Shown: positions 46,873-56,065 of the stretch, in pieces | Layout: every line of letters begins with the position of its first letter | Numbering within the stretch: position 1 is the first letter of the stretch | Source of the DNA: a bacterium | GTDB lineage: Bacteria > Electryoneota > Electryoneia > Electryoneales > Electryoneaceae | Length of the DNA: 64,000 bases | Reading direction: 5' to 3' | NCBI GenBank assembly: GCA_963669175.1 | Contig: OY769902.1 | Span: forward strand, 416,001-480,000 | Made by a program: the position numbers and the translations under genes | The notes under the pieces: generated by a model | The model's database searches: none | Seen by the model: only the letters and a program-made list of their open reading frames with translations | Told to the model about the DNA's origin: nothing

Positions 46873-49800
46873 TTATCCGCGAATGGAGATGTCCACATTC
46901 AGGCCGAATTCCTGGTAGGTTGTGCTTGGGATGCCGCGGCCACGGGTCAGGCCGAACTTGTAGCGGATGCCGCCGGTTACGGTGCGCGAGAAGCTGTATT
47001 TGACGGAAGGTGTGATCGACCAGCTAATGTTGCTGCGGGTCTCGGTAAAATCTGCGTCGTCCTGGCTGGTTTCACCCTGCTGTTCCGAATAGTCGAACAG
47101 GGTTGAGAAAGTGGTCTCGTTATCGAAACGACGGTTCTTGAAGGGCCAGATGGGAAGCGGAATCCGGAAACCGGTTTTGCGTGTATAGCTGGCATTGAAC
47201 GAGACGGATGAGTTTGTGTCTCTGCTGCGTCCCTTGCTGGATGGCGTTACTCCGATTCGCTGGCTCCAGTTATAGCGGATGGACGTCGAGATCTGGTATT
47301 TCCAGGTAATGTTTATTCCCGCCAGCGGACTGAATCCTTTTTCAAAGGATTCCTGCGTGATGTACTTGCCGTAGACATCATATGTTGAATCATCTATTGT
47401 CACCTGGCGTGTCTGCATTTCCCAGTTCTGGCTGAACCGCCCGGTGTAGCTGTGTTCGAAGCTGATGGACTGGGCAAAGTTGGAAAGCGGACCGATCTGC
47501 TCGATGCCACCCCAGCGGAAGGTCCAGTTAGGTAGATTCAACGGAATAGGCGTAACACCGTCATCATCCATGATGAAAAACGCGCTGTGTTCCTGGCTGC
47601 CGGTTACATTGTTGCCAGAACTCTTCTGCTTACGGATATCGTAGCTTAAACCACTCGAGATTCGGGTCGTCCAATCAATGCCACTACTGAGGCGATAATT
47701 GTCACTGCGCTGGCTGGTAGCTACCGATGTAAATCCGGGCACCTGATCCAGACCTGGATCGCCAGTGAAGCCCAGCATATAATCCCAGCTCGCTTCCCCG
47801 GGCTTGACTGTAGGATTGGAGAAGGACAGGTTCTGCGTATAGTTGAAGGATGGATCCTGGATTCTGCTCGTGATGAAACGCAGCGCTTTCATCGGGCTGA
47901 TGCCAAGCCCCTTGGCTTCATCATCGGCCTTTTCTTCACGGTCACGACCTGGTTCTTCGCCACGCTCTGCGTCGGTGCGTCCAAAACCATCCGGGCTCGG
48001 GCCACGGTCCCTGCCACCACGGTCGCGTCCGCGATCACGTCCACGATCACGTCCCCCGCGCTCCGTTCCAAGCAAGCTGCGCAGCCGGAAGGTCATGTTG
48101 GCGCCGAGAGAGTTGTTTGAACTGACAGTTCGTGAACCGTAGGAGAAACTCGGCCAGCTCCAGGTGTAGGTGGTGGAGTAATTGGACCCCGTCGTCAACC
48201 AACTGATCAGTTCCGGGTTCCAGTTCCCACTGATACGTTGCTGTTTCTGAGTATCGACAAAGGGCAGATTGCCGGCTTCCCAGAAGATTTCTTTATAAAG
48301 TGGATCATCACTGCTGATACGTTCCCACGGCCGTTTAAAGCCATACTGTTCGATCCAGCCCTTTATTTCCAGTTGGTCGTAGATAAATTGGACAATAATC
48401 GCATCCGCTTCCGGATTGCCGCCATCCGGCGGGTCCAGCATTTTCTCGATATCCTGCTGCAGCGATCTCGCTTCCAGGTTACCATCCGCATACATATTTT
48501 CCAGTCTCGTCAGTGTGCTGTCGATAATGGTTTCATCAGAGGTTCCCGGCGCGTAATAGTCCATTTTCAGGGTGTAATTGATATTATTTGTGGGGTCATC
48601 ATCGGCCAGCGATGCATTCACTGTGGAAACATCCGGCTGTGCAGAGTAGATGATGCTCTGCCGTGTTGAATCCTCACGGGCATACTTGGAATCTACATTA
48701 TAGCTATAGTCTATGGAGAAGGACTGGAAGGGACGAATCCCTGTAGAGAAGCTACGCTTGATACTGGCCGCATAACTGGGACGCAGGGTAGAGTTACGGT
48801 ATTTGTCACTCTTTCGCGTTTCGCTGCCATCCAGGGAGAACGCGATCTTGGAAGGCCAGTAATTGAACCGTGTATCCGACAACCGGTTCAGGAACGGCAT
48901 CTTTTCTGTCCATTTGAAAATGCGGAGGTCCGCCTGTTCGAATGGAAGATTATAGCTTACGGAGGCATTGCTCGAAAAAGTCTTCTGGTATTGATAGGTC
49001 GGACTGGTGGTATAGTTCTGCTTATGGTCCGCACGCAGGCTGATATTGTCTACCGTATAGCGCAATACCGGGTTACTGCTCTTCTTGGATTTCGAGAAAC
49101 TGGAACCCCAGGAATATTGCTGACTGGTTGTGAACAGGGTGTCAATGCCCCACGCATCCAGATCCTGTCGTGGTGTTCCGGTGGAGTCGCGGATGATGTC
49201 CCCATCCGCATCATACATGTATTTATCTTTTAGATGATCTCGCGAATAGGCGAACCTTCCAAACTGTTCCCAGATATTGATCGTACCCTCATCGGTAATA
49301 CTCTCGATAAGAATATCACCGTTACTCTCCGTGTATTTTGGAATACTCAGGCTGGTATTGGCCGTAAACCGTACCGGAAGTGAGATCCCCAGGTTGGGAT
49401 CAAGGAATTTATTCAGGGCGAGGCTTCCATTGGTATTCAAGCTGATGTCACTCTGGTTAGATCCGAGACGCTTGTCAACCTGGTGAAAGTTGGCGTCCTT
49501 CTGGGAAAGATCCATGTGCAGGTCCATGAAATCGGAGAAGGAGGCGTCTACCGAGCCTCTCATGGCCATGCCTGATTCTTTTCTTACTCCGGAAAGACGC
49601 AATTCATCCGCCCAGACAACTACTTCGTCTGTTTCCCGGATAGGCCTTCCGAAGTTCCGCAGACCGATGGCATACGCATCAATTTTACCCAGCGACGGAC
49701 TTCCGACAACTTTAATCGTAGCCCCGTTGGCCAGCACTTCATAGGCCATATTGTTTCCGGACTGCTGAGCAGCCAGGCGGAGCGTACTCAGCCGGTCAAG

Positions 49801-52800
49801 GTCAATGACAATCTGGTTATCAGCCCATCCCGGCTCGAGGGGCGCTGAATATTCGTAATAATCCTTGTTCGGCGCTTTAAAACCATAGCCAAAGCGGAGG
49901 AAGAAATGCAGGTCATATTGTTCGAATAATTCCCTGTCCGCACCGCCACCATTGACAAACATCTTGAGTTGCTTGTATTCACGCAGGTCCATGGAACGAT
50001 ACAATGTTCTGATGACCTGTCCCTCGGCATTGGTGGGGAAATCCTTGATCTGGATTTCCAGCGATTGTTCCTTGCTGCGGATATCGGTAACAGGATCTAC
50101 TTCACCGGCAACACCCGGGGGCTCATAGTACACACCTTCGTTATCATGTGTATTGACAGTCGCTGTAGTCATATAGACCGTCGTGTCCCCGGTCGCGGTA
50201 ATGATCGGATCTTCCAGCCACAGGTTTCCTACCAGTTCAAACTGCGCCAGGTGTACCACAGAACGGCTGGTACAGTCGGTGAGCCAGACTCGGACAAACT
50301 TGATCTGGGTGAAATCCGGATCCCCCATCGTCAGGGTGGAGTCGAAATCTTCCATTGGGATACGGATCAGCCGCCAGCCCTTCTCGTTATCAATACCACC
50401 AGCTATATATTTGTTGTAGTCTTCAAGATCATTCAGGCGGAACCTGTACCGATAGAAGTTGTTCGAAGTGGCAAGCTGGTTGTCACCGGTCAAGTCTTCC
50501 GTGTCAGGAATACGCCCGCCTTCTTCCAGCAGGTTTCCCTGGGTACCGTTGATCTTGGTATAATTATCGGTACCGTAGGTATAATTCCAATCGTCCACGG
50601 AGAACGGTTCATCGGGAGAATGCTCGCCGTCACCATTCAGATCCCACCAGTCATACGTTTTCAAGGCAAAATCATAGTTGTTCACATTGAGCGAATCTGG
50701 CGGATCGCCCTTCTCCATACCGTCAATGCCTGTATCTTCATCATCATCCAGGATACCATCGCCAATCGGCAGGTTTTCCAGAGGTTTGTCTTCCGTATTC
50801 AGGGCATTATTTGGAATAACATCTTCGCTGATTTCACCCATGTCGATATAGAGAACTGCATCCGTTCCCCCGGCGGCCCATTTCATCGTCAGTTCGATAA
50901 AACGGGTTTCTGTCTGATCCCAGTACCCGGCGGACAGGTAACGCATGATTCCGTTCCAGGTATCCTTTGCTGGAATCTCCGGATCACGGAAGTTGTTGAC
51001 ACCCGGGGTATACTCGAGTGTCAGAATATGCGCATCCTGCGCCACATTCGAGTTTACATCCCGATTTGGCCAGATATCCTTGATCGGAATACGCAGCCGT
51101 GGGTTGTACCAGCTCAGTTTACCTCGGGCATCAAAGCTTGTGGGCGAATGATGCGGGATTTCCCGTGGAAAACTTGCCGGGAACCAGCCTTTACGCATAA
51201 TGCTGAACGGTGTGATTCTTTTAGCTGCTTCAAAGTCATCGATATAGGCCACACCGTCCGGGTCGCCGGTGGATTCGTTGTTCAAGCTGTTCGGGTTCGG
51301 GAATACCTGGGCAATTTCACCTTCGAACGTGAGTTCGCTGGGTTCATCCGTTTCCAGTAAAGGAATCGCGTTGACCATCTGCGTCATGAAATAAGGCCTG
51401 AATCGCAAGCGGGCATTCATATCCCAGATCACATTCCGGGTCGGTTCATTACCCACCTTGACACGCTGATCCAAAGGTTTTTCATTGTAATACAGGAAGG
51501 TGCCGCCGATAAACGAATCTTCCCAGAGTGCGTATTCGAGGCGCACGCCGATCATGGTCCTTCGGTCAAGCTGGAAAATCTCACCGGATTCATAACTGAT
51601 TTCAAGGTTGGCGCTCTGGTCAAACGCTGCTTCATTCAAAATGGTCAACGTACCGGACAGGTAGTCAATCGTATAGTCAATATTCCGCTTCAGTTTGGAC
51701 CCGTTCAGCAAGACTTCTTCAGATTCCTCCAGGATGTTGAACCCAAGCGAATAGGTCGCTGAAACGCTTGAGTACTCCGCAATCATTTTGAACAGTGATG
51801 ATGGTTGCTGCCCACTGCCTGAATAGGTATAAATATTCGCGTTCAGCAGAGTATCCGAGGCTGAAACGAGGTTGTCGTAGGAAGATTTGGCCACATCACT
51901 GACAGTATACCCGGAAGGATTAAAAGGTGTCAGGTCCGGAAAGATAATTTCACCGTATTGAGCGTTCAACCAAACCATATCCAACAAGCCGTCCGGAACT
52001 TGGCCCCCATCCTGGTTGACATTGTCCAAGCCAAGATCCTGGATCCACGGGTTTTTAGTTTTCGGGTTGACTTCAACATCACCGGAAGTATTGCGTTTGA
52101 TGGTAAAGGTGAAATCGTCCGGGTCCAGGTCACGTGTGCCCAGGGAATACACGTTCTGAAGTGCAAGCACCCAGGTCGTATCTGAAGGGAGCTGGCTTTC
52201 TGCCTTGATCAAGCGAAGAATACGATAGTTTTCCGTCAACCCCATCGTACCATAAACTCTAGACTGGGTGGCAGAACCGGGAATCGGTGCGTTCAAACGA
52301 TAGGCTACAGCGATAACATCTTCATCCGACGCCGTAATATTCAAACGTATCAATCCAAGGTCTTTCTCATAGGTATAATCAACATTTTCTTCGAGGAGAC
52401 GGAAGAAACCTGATTTGGACATCCTGTTGTCCTGCTCCTCTTGAGATGCTTTCAGCGAGTCCAGGGCAATACGGACCTGTTCGGCATTCAGGCTGGCATA
52501 TCGATCCGAGTTTTCAAATGTGGCAAAACATTCGTAGAAGTTGGTCAAATCGCCACTGGTGAGGTTGGCTGTACGATAGACCTCAAGCTCACTGATGGAC
52601 ACGCCCGTTGCAATATGCTGGTACTGGCTGCCATAGTTGGGAAATTCTTCACGAAAATACGGGTCAAGGAAGAAGTACCGGTTCTTTTCGTAATCCTTGT
52701 CATAAATCGTAACGGTCTGTTTTTCAGCGCCGCCCTGGATTGTCTTTTTATTCTTTTCACCCTTTTGCAGCGATGTGATGGTTGTTACTGTAAGCGGCCC

Positions 52801-53652
52801 CATCTTGGACACGGTTTTGAACCCGAACAAGCCCTTGTTCTGGGTAGAAAGTGTGGCAAGCTGGGTTCCCGGCAGGGACATGCTCACGTTACCGGCTTCG
52901 ATTGACTGGATGATTTCATCCTCTTTGCCGGTATAGGTCAGTTTGATCGCGTTTTCAAACTCGAACAGACGTTCCGAGTCCTGGTCTATTTCAACCGATA
53001 CCTTGTCGCCAACCTTGCCGACAATGTGGAACTGCTGTGTCTGGTTGATGTTGAACTGGGTTCGTTGCTGATCTGATTCGGTAGACAGAATTTCATCGGA
53101 TTTTTCACTTCTGACACTACCATCAATGGTGATATGCCCGGTGACATTGAGCGCAACACGATCCCCGCCAAAAATCCTTCTGAATGTCTGGCTCTTGATT
53201 TTAAACGGAACCTGGATTTCAATGCCCTTGCCATCGCTTTCGGGGGTTGGCTCATAGATCTCCTTGAAGAAGATATCCTGCAAGCCTTTATTTCGGGCAT
53301 GATTGATCCTGTACCAGCGCCAGTCTTCCGGTGAGTACACCTTTTCCGGCCCATAGGCGCGTCCAAAGATTTTCCGTTGGGAAACCCAGTATCCCGACGA
53401 GGAATCGAATTCTGTTTCGATCTTATAGAGCGCTGCTTCATGGTTCAACCACGCCAGTGAATCACAGGCGTATAGTCCCATGGGCTTAGCATCGCGGAGG
53501 TTGGCTTCGGGATCGAAGTCGTTGGGAATGGGCATAGAGAGGCCTAGCCCGACCTGCGCCGGGGCTGGTCCGGAAAAGATAAGCAGGAGTAGGCAGAGAA
53601 CGGCGCTGCCTACACTGACCTCATGTCGTATCGTGGTTCTGCGAACCGTCAA
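46873..53652 (-). CDS. sprA: T9SS translocon SprA/Sov
   Basis: 2259-aa OM protein; GKVGDKV, IKLTY.GKEDEIIQSIEAGNVS, LFGFK, AYIDDFE, PDTEDL, W.LIRIP, WADELRL, FSPLAGI. Confidence 0.9.
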   Translation of the reverse strand: MTVRRTTIRHEVSVGSAVLCLLLLIFSGPAPAQVGLGLSMPIPNDFDPEANLRDAKPMGLYACDSLAWLNHEAALYKIETEFDSSSGYWVSQRKIFGRAYGPEKVYSPEDWRWYRINHARNKGLQDIFFKEIYEPTPESDGKGIEIQVPFKIKSQTFRRIFGGDRVALNVTGHITIDGSVRSEKSDEILSTESDQQRTQFNINQTQQFHIVGKVGDKVSVEIDQDSERLFEFENAIKLTYTGKEDEIIQSIEAGNVSMSLPGTQLATLSTQNKGLFGFKTVSKMGPLTVTTITSLQKGEKNKKTIQGGAEKQTVTIYDKDYEKNRYFFLDPYFREEFPNYGSQYQHIATGVSISELEVYRTANLTSGDLTNFYECFATFENSDRYASLNAEQVRIALDSLKASQEEQDNRMSKSGFFRLLEENVDYTYEKDLGLIRLNITASDEDVIAVAYRLNAPIPGSATQSRVYGTMGLTENYRILRLIKAESQLPSDTTWVLALQNVYSLGTRDLDPDDFTFTIKRNTSGDVEVNPKTKNPWIQDLGLDNVNQDGGQVPDGLLDMVWLNAQYGEIIFPDLTPFNPSGYTVSDVAKSSYDNLVSASDTLLNANIYTYSGSGQQPSSLFKMIAEYSSVSATYSLGFNILEESEEVLLNGSKLKRNIDYTIDYLSGTLTILNEAAFDQSANLEISYESGEIFQLDRRTMIGVRLEYALWEDSFIGGTFLYYNEKPLDQRVKVGNEPTRNVIWDMNARLRFRPYFMTQMVNAIPLLETDEPSELTFEGEIAQVFPNPNSLNNESTGDPDGVAYIDDFEAAKRITPFSIMRKGWFPASFPREIPHHSPTSFDARGKLSWYNPRLRIPIKDIWPNRDVNSNVAQDAHILTLEYTPGVNNFRDPEIPAKDTWNGIMRYLSAGYWDQTETRFIELTMKWAAGGTDAVLYIDMGEISEDVIPNNALNTEDKPLENLPIGDGILDDDEDTGIDGMEKGDPPDSLNVNNYDFALKTYDWWDLNGDGEHSPDEPFSVDDWNYTYGTDNYTKINGTQGNLLEEGGRIPDTEDLTGDNQLATSNNFYRYRFRLNDLEDYNKYIAGGIDNEKGWRLIRIPMEDFDSTLTMGDPDFTQIKFVRVWLTDCTSRSVVHLAQFELVGNLWLEDPIITATGDTTVYMTTATVNTHDNEGVYYEPPGVAGEVDPVTDIRSKEQSLEIQIKDFPTNAEGQVIRTLYRSMDLREYKQLKMFVNGGGADRELFEQYDLHFFLRFGYGFKAPNKDYYEYSAPLEPGWADNQIVIDLDRLSTLRLAAQQSGNNMAYEVLANGATIKVVGSPSLGKIDAYAIGLRNFGRPIRETDEVVVWADELRLSGVRKESGMAMRGSVDASFSDFMDLHMDLSQKDANFHQVDKRLGSNQSDISLNTNGSLALNKFLDPNLGISLPVRFTANTSLSIPKYTESNGDILIESITDEGTINIWEQFGRFAYSRDHLKDKYMYDADGDIIRDSTGTPRQDLDAWGIDTLFTTSQQYSWGSSFSKSKKSSNPVLRYTVDNISLRADHKQNYTTSPTYQYQKTFSSNASVSYNLPFEQADLRIFKWTEKMPFLNRLSDTRFNYWPSKIAFSLDGSETRKSDKYRNSTLRPSYAASIKRSFSTGIRPFQSFSIDYSYNVDSKYAREDSTRQSIIYSAQPDVSTVNASLADDDPTNNINYTLKMDYYAPGTSDETIIDSTLTRLENMYADGNLEARSLQQDIEKMLDPPDGGNPEADAIIVQFIYDQLEIKGWIEQYGFKRPWERISSDDPLYKEIFWEAGNLPFVDTQKQQRISGNWNPELISWLTTGSNYSTTYTWSWPSFSYGSRTVSSNNSLGANMTFRLRSLLGTERGGRDRGRDRGRDRGGRDRGPSPDGFGRTDAERGEEPGRDREEKADDEAKGLGISPMKALRFITSRIQDPSFNYTQNLSFSNPTVKPGEASWDYMLGFTGDPGLDQVPGFTSVATSQRSDNYRLSSGIDWTTRISSGLSYDIRKQKSSGNNVTGSQEHSAFFIMDDDGVTPIPLNLPNWTFRWGGIEQIGPLSNFAQSISFEHSYTGRFSQNWEMQTRQVTIDDSTYDVYGKYITQESFEKGFSPLAGINITWKYQISTSIRYNWSQRIGVTPSSKGRSRDTNSSVSFNASYTRKTGFRIPLPIWPFKNRRFDNETTFSTLFDYSEQQGETSQDDADFTETRSNISWSITPSVKYSFSRTVTGGIRYKFGLTRGRGIPSTTYQEFGLNVDISIRG

Positions 53653-53812
53653 AGCAGAGTCCTTGTCAACCGGATCTCGTGTTCCCTTAGATCAAAGCGA
53701 CGCTAAGCACACTCCTTCAGTTCGACTTGTGCTTCCTGCAGGAAGGATATTATATGGATAACGACGTTGAACATACCCTGACTGTCTTTCACAGTTTTTA
53801 CCGCCACCGTTG

Positions 53813-55831
53813 CTACCGCTTACGTACACGTCCCATGGAACGAAGAGGTTTCACACCTGAAGAAGTTGACTCCGACTGAGCAGGAGTATCACCTGCCGCA
53901 GGGGAACTCTCAACCTGATCAAACTTCATCACACTCTGCTTATCGAGTGGTGGCGTGGACGGCTCCTTCTTATCCGGGCTCGCATCAACGCTGGTAGTCT
54001 TACGGTTTTCAGGGGAACCGGGTTCCCGTTGCGCGGAACCTGTCTCGCCAGCCGGAACTGGTGTCTCCTTGACCGCCGCGGGCTCTTTGGGCGCTGCTGG
54101 TGAAGTTGTTTTAGTCTCACTGGTCGCACTGGAAGAGGAAGCAACTTCTTCAGTTTTCTTTGCTCTGGCTGTCTTTGTCCGGGGTGATGTCTTCCGCGCT
54201 GTTTTCCTGACAGGTTTGGAAGCTTTCACTTTTGGTGCTATATCAGCTTTTACAATTTCATTCACGGGTTCAACTTTGGGCTCTTCTTTCGTTTCATCTT
54301 TCTTTTCATCGACCTTCTTTTCAGATTGTTTTACTGCTGTTGATTTTTTCGTCGCCCGTTTCCGGGTTGTGGTGGTCCTGGATTTTGCTGTCTTCTTTAC
54401 CGGTTCCTCTTCCGTCTTAACCTCGGCCGGTTTTGTATCCTCGGTGACCTTCACCTCGGCGGTTTTTACCTCGGTTGTTGTTTCCTTGTCTGACGTTTTG
54501 CTGGTCGATCTGGTCGCTCTGCGAGGCTTCCGTGCCGGAGTTTTCTTTACGGGCTTTGAAACAGCCATGGATTCTTCTTTTTCAGATTTTTCCGTCTCTT
54601 TTCCCGGCTCAACCTTGCTTTCTGCCTTCTTCTCGGTTGTGTCAGCCTTCTTTGATTCTGCCGCTGGTTTCGGAGCCTTTTTCGGTTCCGGTTTCTTTGC
54701 GGGTTCCAGGGTCGTGATTTTTGACTGCTCTTGGGGCGCTGCTTCTATCTCGGGCTTCTGAGTTTGGGGTTCTGCCGGCGGCGTTTTTACAGGTTTATCT
54801 TCCCCACGCCTGCTCCGGGCTTCCTCTTCCGCATCCTTTGCACTTTTCGTGGATACTCGCTTGGCAGCAGGTTTGGGCGCAAACAGACGTTCCTTCCGCA
54901 TAGGTGTGGATCCTGCCTTGCCCATACGAACCGGATGGTCCTGATCTATCGCCGGTCCTGCCTGTGTACCAGGCGTCACTGCTTCCCGCTGAACCAGTAA
55001 ACTTGGCCCTTTTGCGGCCGATGGCGTGGCGCCACCGGATGATTGCGCGAACGACCCCGCTTCACCATTGTAGGTGCCAAATCCCGTAATCACCGGAGTC
55101 CCGCCACTCTTGGGGTCACGCACCAGGCCGACAAGCCCAAAACCTGCCGCATCTTCCAGCAGGTTCGAGAATGTATTGTAGCCATACCGCTGTTCGTTGA
55201 ACGATGGATGTTTCCTGCGGATGGCATCCTTCACCAGGCTACCCCATAAAACATCCTTATTCTCACGCATCAACGAAGCAATGGAATCGAGCAACAGGGT
55301 AAACGCTTCCTGCTGTCGCCGTGTAAGACCTGGTGGTAACGGTGGACGATTGGACGGCAAATCAACAAGATCTTCGTAGAACAGGAACTCGTCGCAATTG
55401 TCCGCTAATAAATGGCTGGTCGAACCGCGCAGACCAAAACCGATTACCTGCTTATCATTTTCTTTTAACTTTGACACCAGCGGAGAAAAATCGCTGTCCC
55501 CTGAACCAATGACAAACGTGTCAATGTGTTCTTTGGTATAACACAAGTCCAGCGCATCCACCACCAGCCGAATATCCGCTGAATTCTTTCCGATTGATCG
55601 CCGCATCGGGATATCAATCATCTCGATACCGGCTTCGTGCAATGGCTGCTTGTGCGTCGTAAACAGGCTCCAGTCAGCATAAGCCCGTTTGAAAATGATC
55701 CTGCCCTTGTCTAAAAGGCGACGCATCACGCGGTTGACATCAAATACCTGGCTCCCGGCGTCTTTCAACCCAATCGCGATATTATCGTAATCTATGAACA
55801 GGGCTATCTTTGGTTCTGAGTCTTTTAGCAT
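53813..55831 (-). CDS. NYN-domain (LabA/DUF88 PIN-like) protein with OST-HTH/LOTUS domain and long Lys/Ala/Thr/Pro/Glu-rich tail
   Basis: GAGGAG SD; IALFIDYDN, RAYADW, GKNSADIRLVVDALD, SGDSDFSPL, CDEF; GSLVK..I....PSFNE..YGY.TFS.LLE. Confidence 0.88.
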   Translation of the reverse strand: MLKDSEPKIALFIDYDNIAIGLKDAGSQVFDVNRVMRRLLDKGRIIFKRAYADWSLFTTHKQPLHEAGIEMIDIPMRRSIGKNSADIRLVVDALDLCYTKEHIDTFVIGSGDSDFSPLVSKLKENDKQVIGFGLRGSTSHLLADNCDEFLFYEDLVDLPSNRPPLPPGLTRRQQEAFTLLLDSIASLMRENKDVLWGSLVKDAIRRKHPSFNEQRYGYNTFSNLLEDAAGFGLVGLVRDPKSGGTPVITGFGTYNGEAGSFAQSSGGATPSAAKGPSLLVQREAVTPGTQAGPAIDQDHPVRMGKAGSTPMRKERLFAPKPAAKRVSTKSAKDAEEEARSRRGEDKPVKTPPAEPQTQKPEIEAAPQEQSKITTLEPAKKPEPKKAPKPAAESKKADTTEKKAESKVEPGKETEKSEKEESMAVSKPVKKTPARKPRRATRSTSKTSDKETTTEVKTAEVKVTEDTKPAEVKTEEEPVKKTAKSRTTTTRKRATKKSTAVKQSEKKVDEKKDETKEEPKVEPVNEIVKADIAPKVKASKPVRKTARKTSPRTKTARAKKTEEVASSSSATSETKTTSPAAPKEPAAVKETPVPAGETGSAQREPGSPENRKTTSVDASPDKKEPSTPPLDKQSVMKFDQVESSPAAGDTPAQSESTSSGVKPLRSMGRVRKR

Positions 55832-56065
55832 TCGCTCCTCAATAAAACCGCCCGCACAACCGCGGGCCATGAACAATCCTCTAAACTTGTTAATATATTC
55901 AGGCTGTGCAGTAAATGGCAACTCGAAAAACACACTGTTCTCAACATAACCAACCGCTTCTTGTCCCGGTAATTGCCCTACACTACTCCCCATTGTGTGG
56001 TTTTCCGAAATCCATGTTGTATTTTGTAAAGTTGGGGTGTTTGTTTCCTTTTCCGGAGGTTGGTA

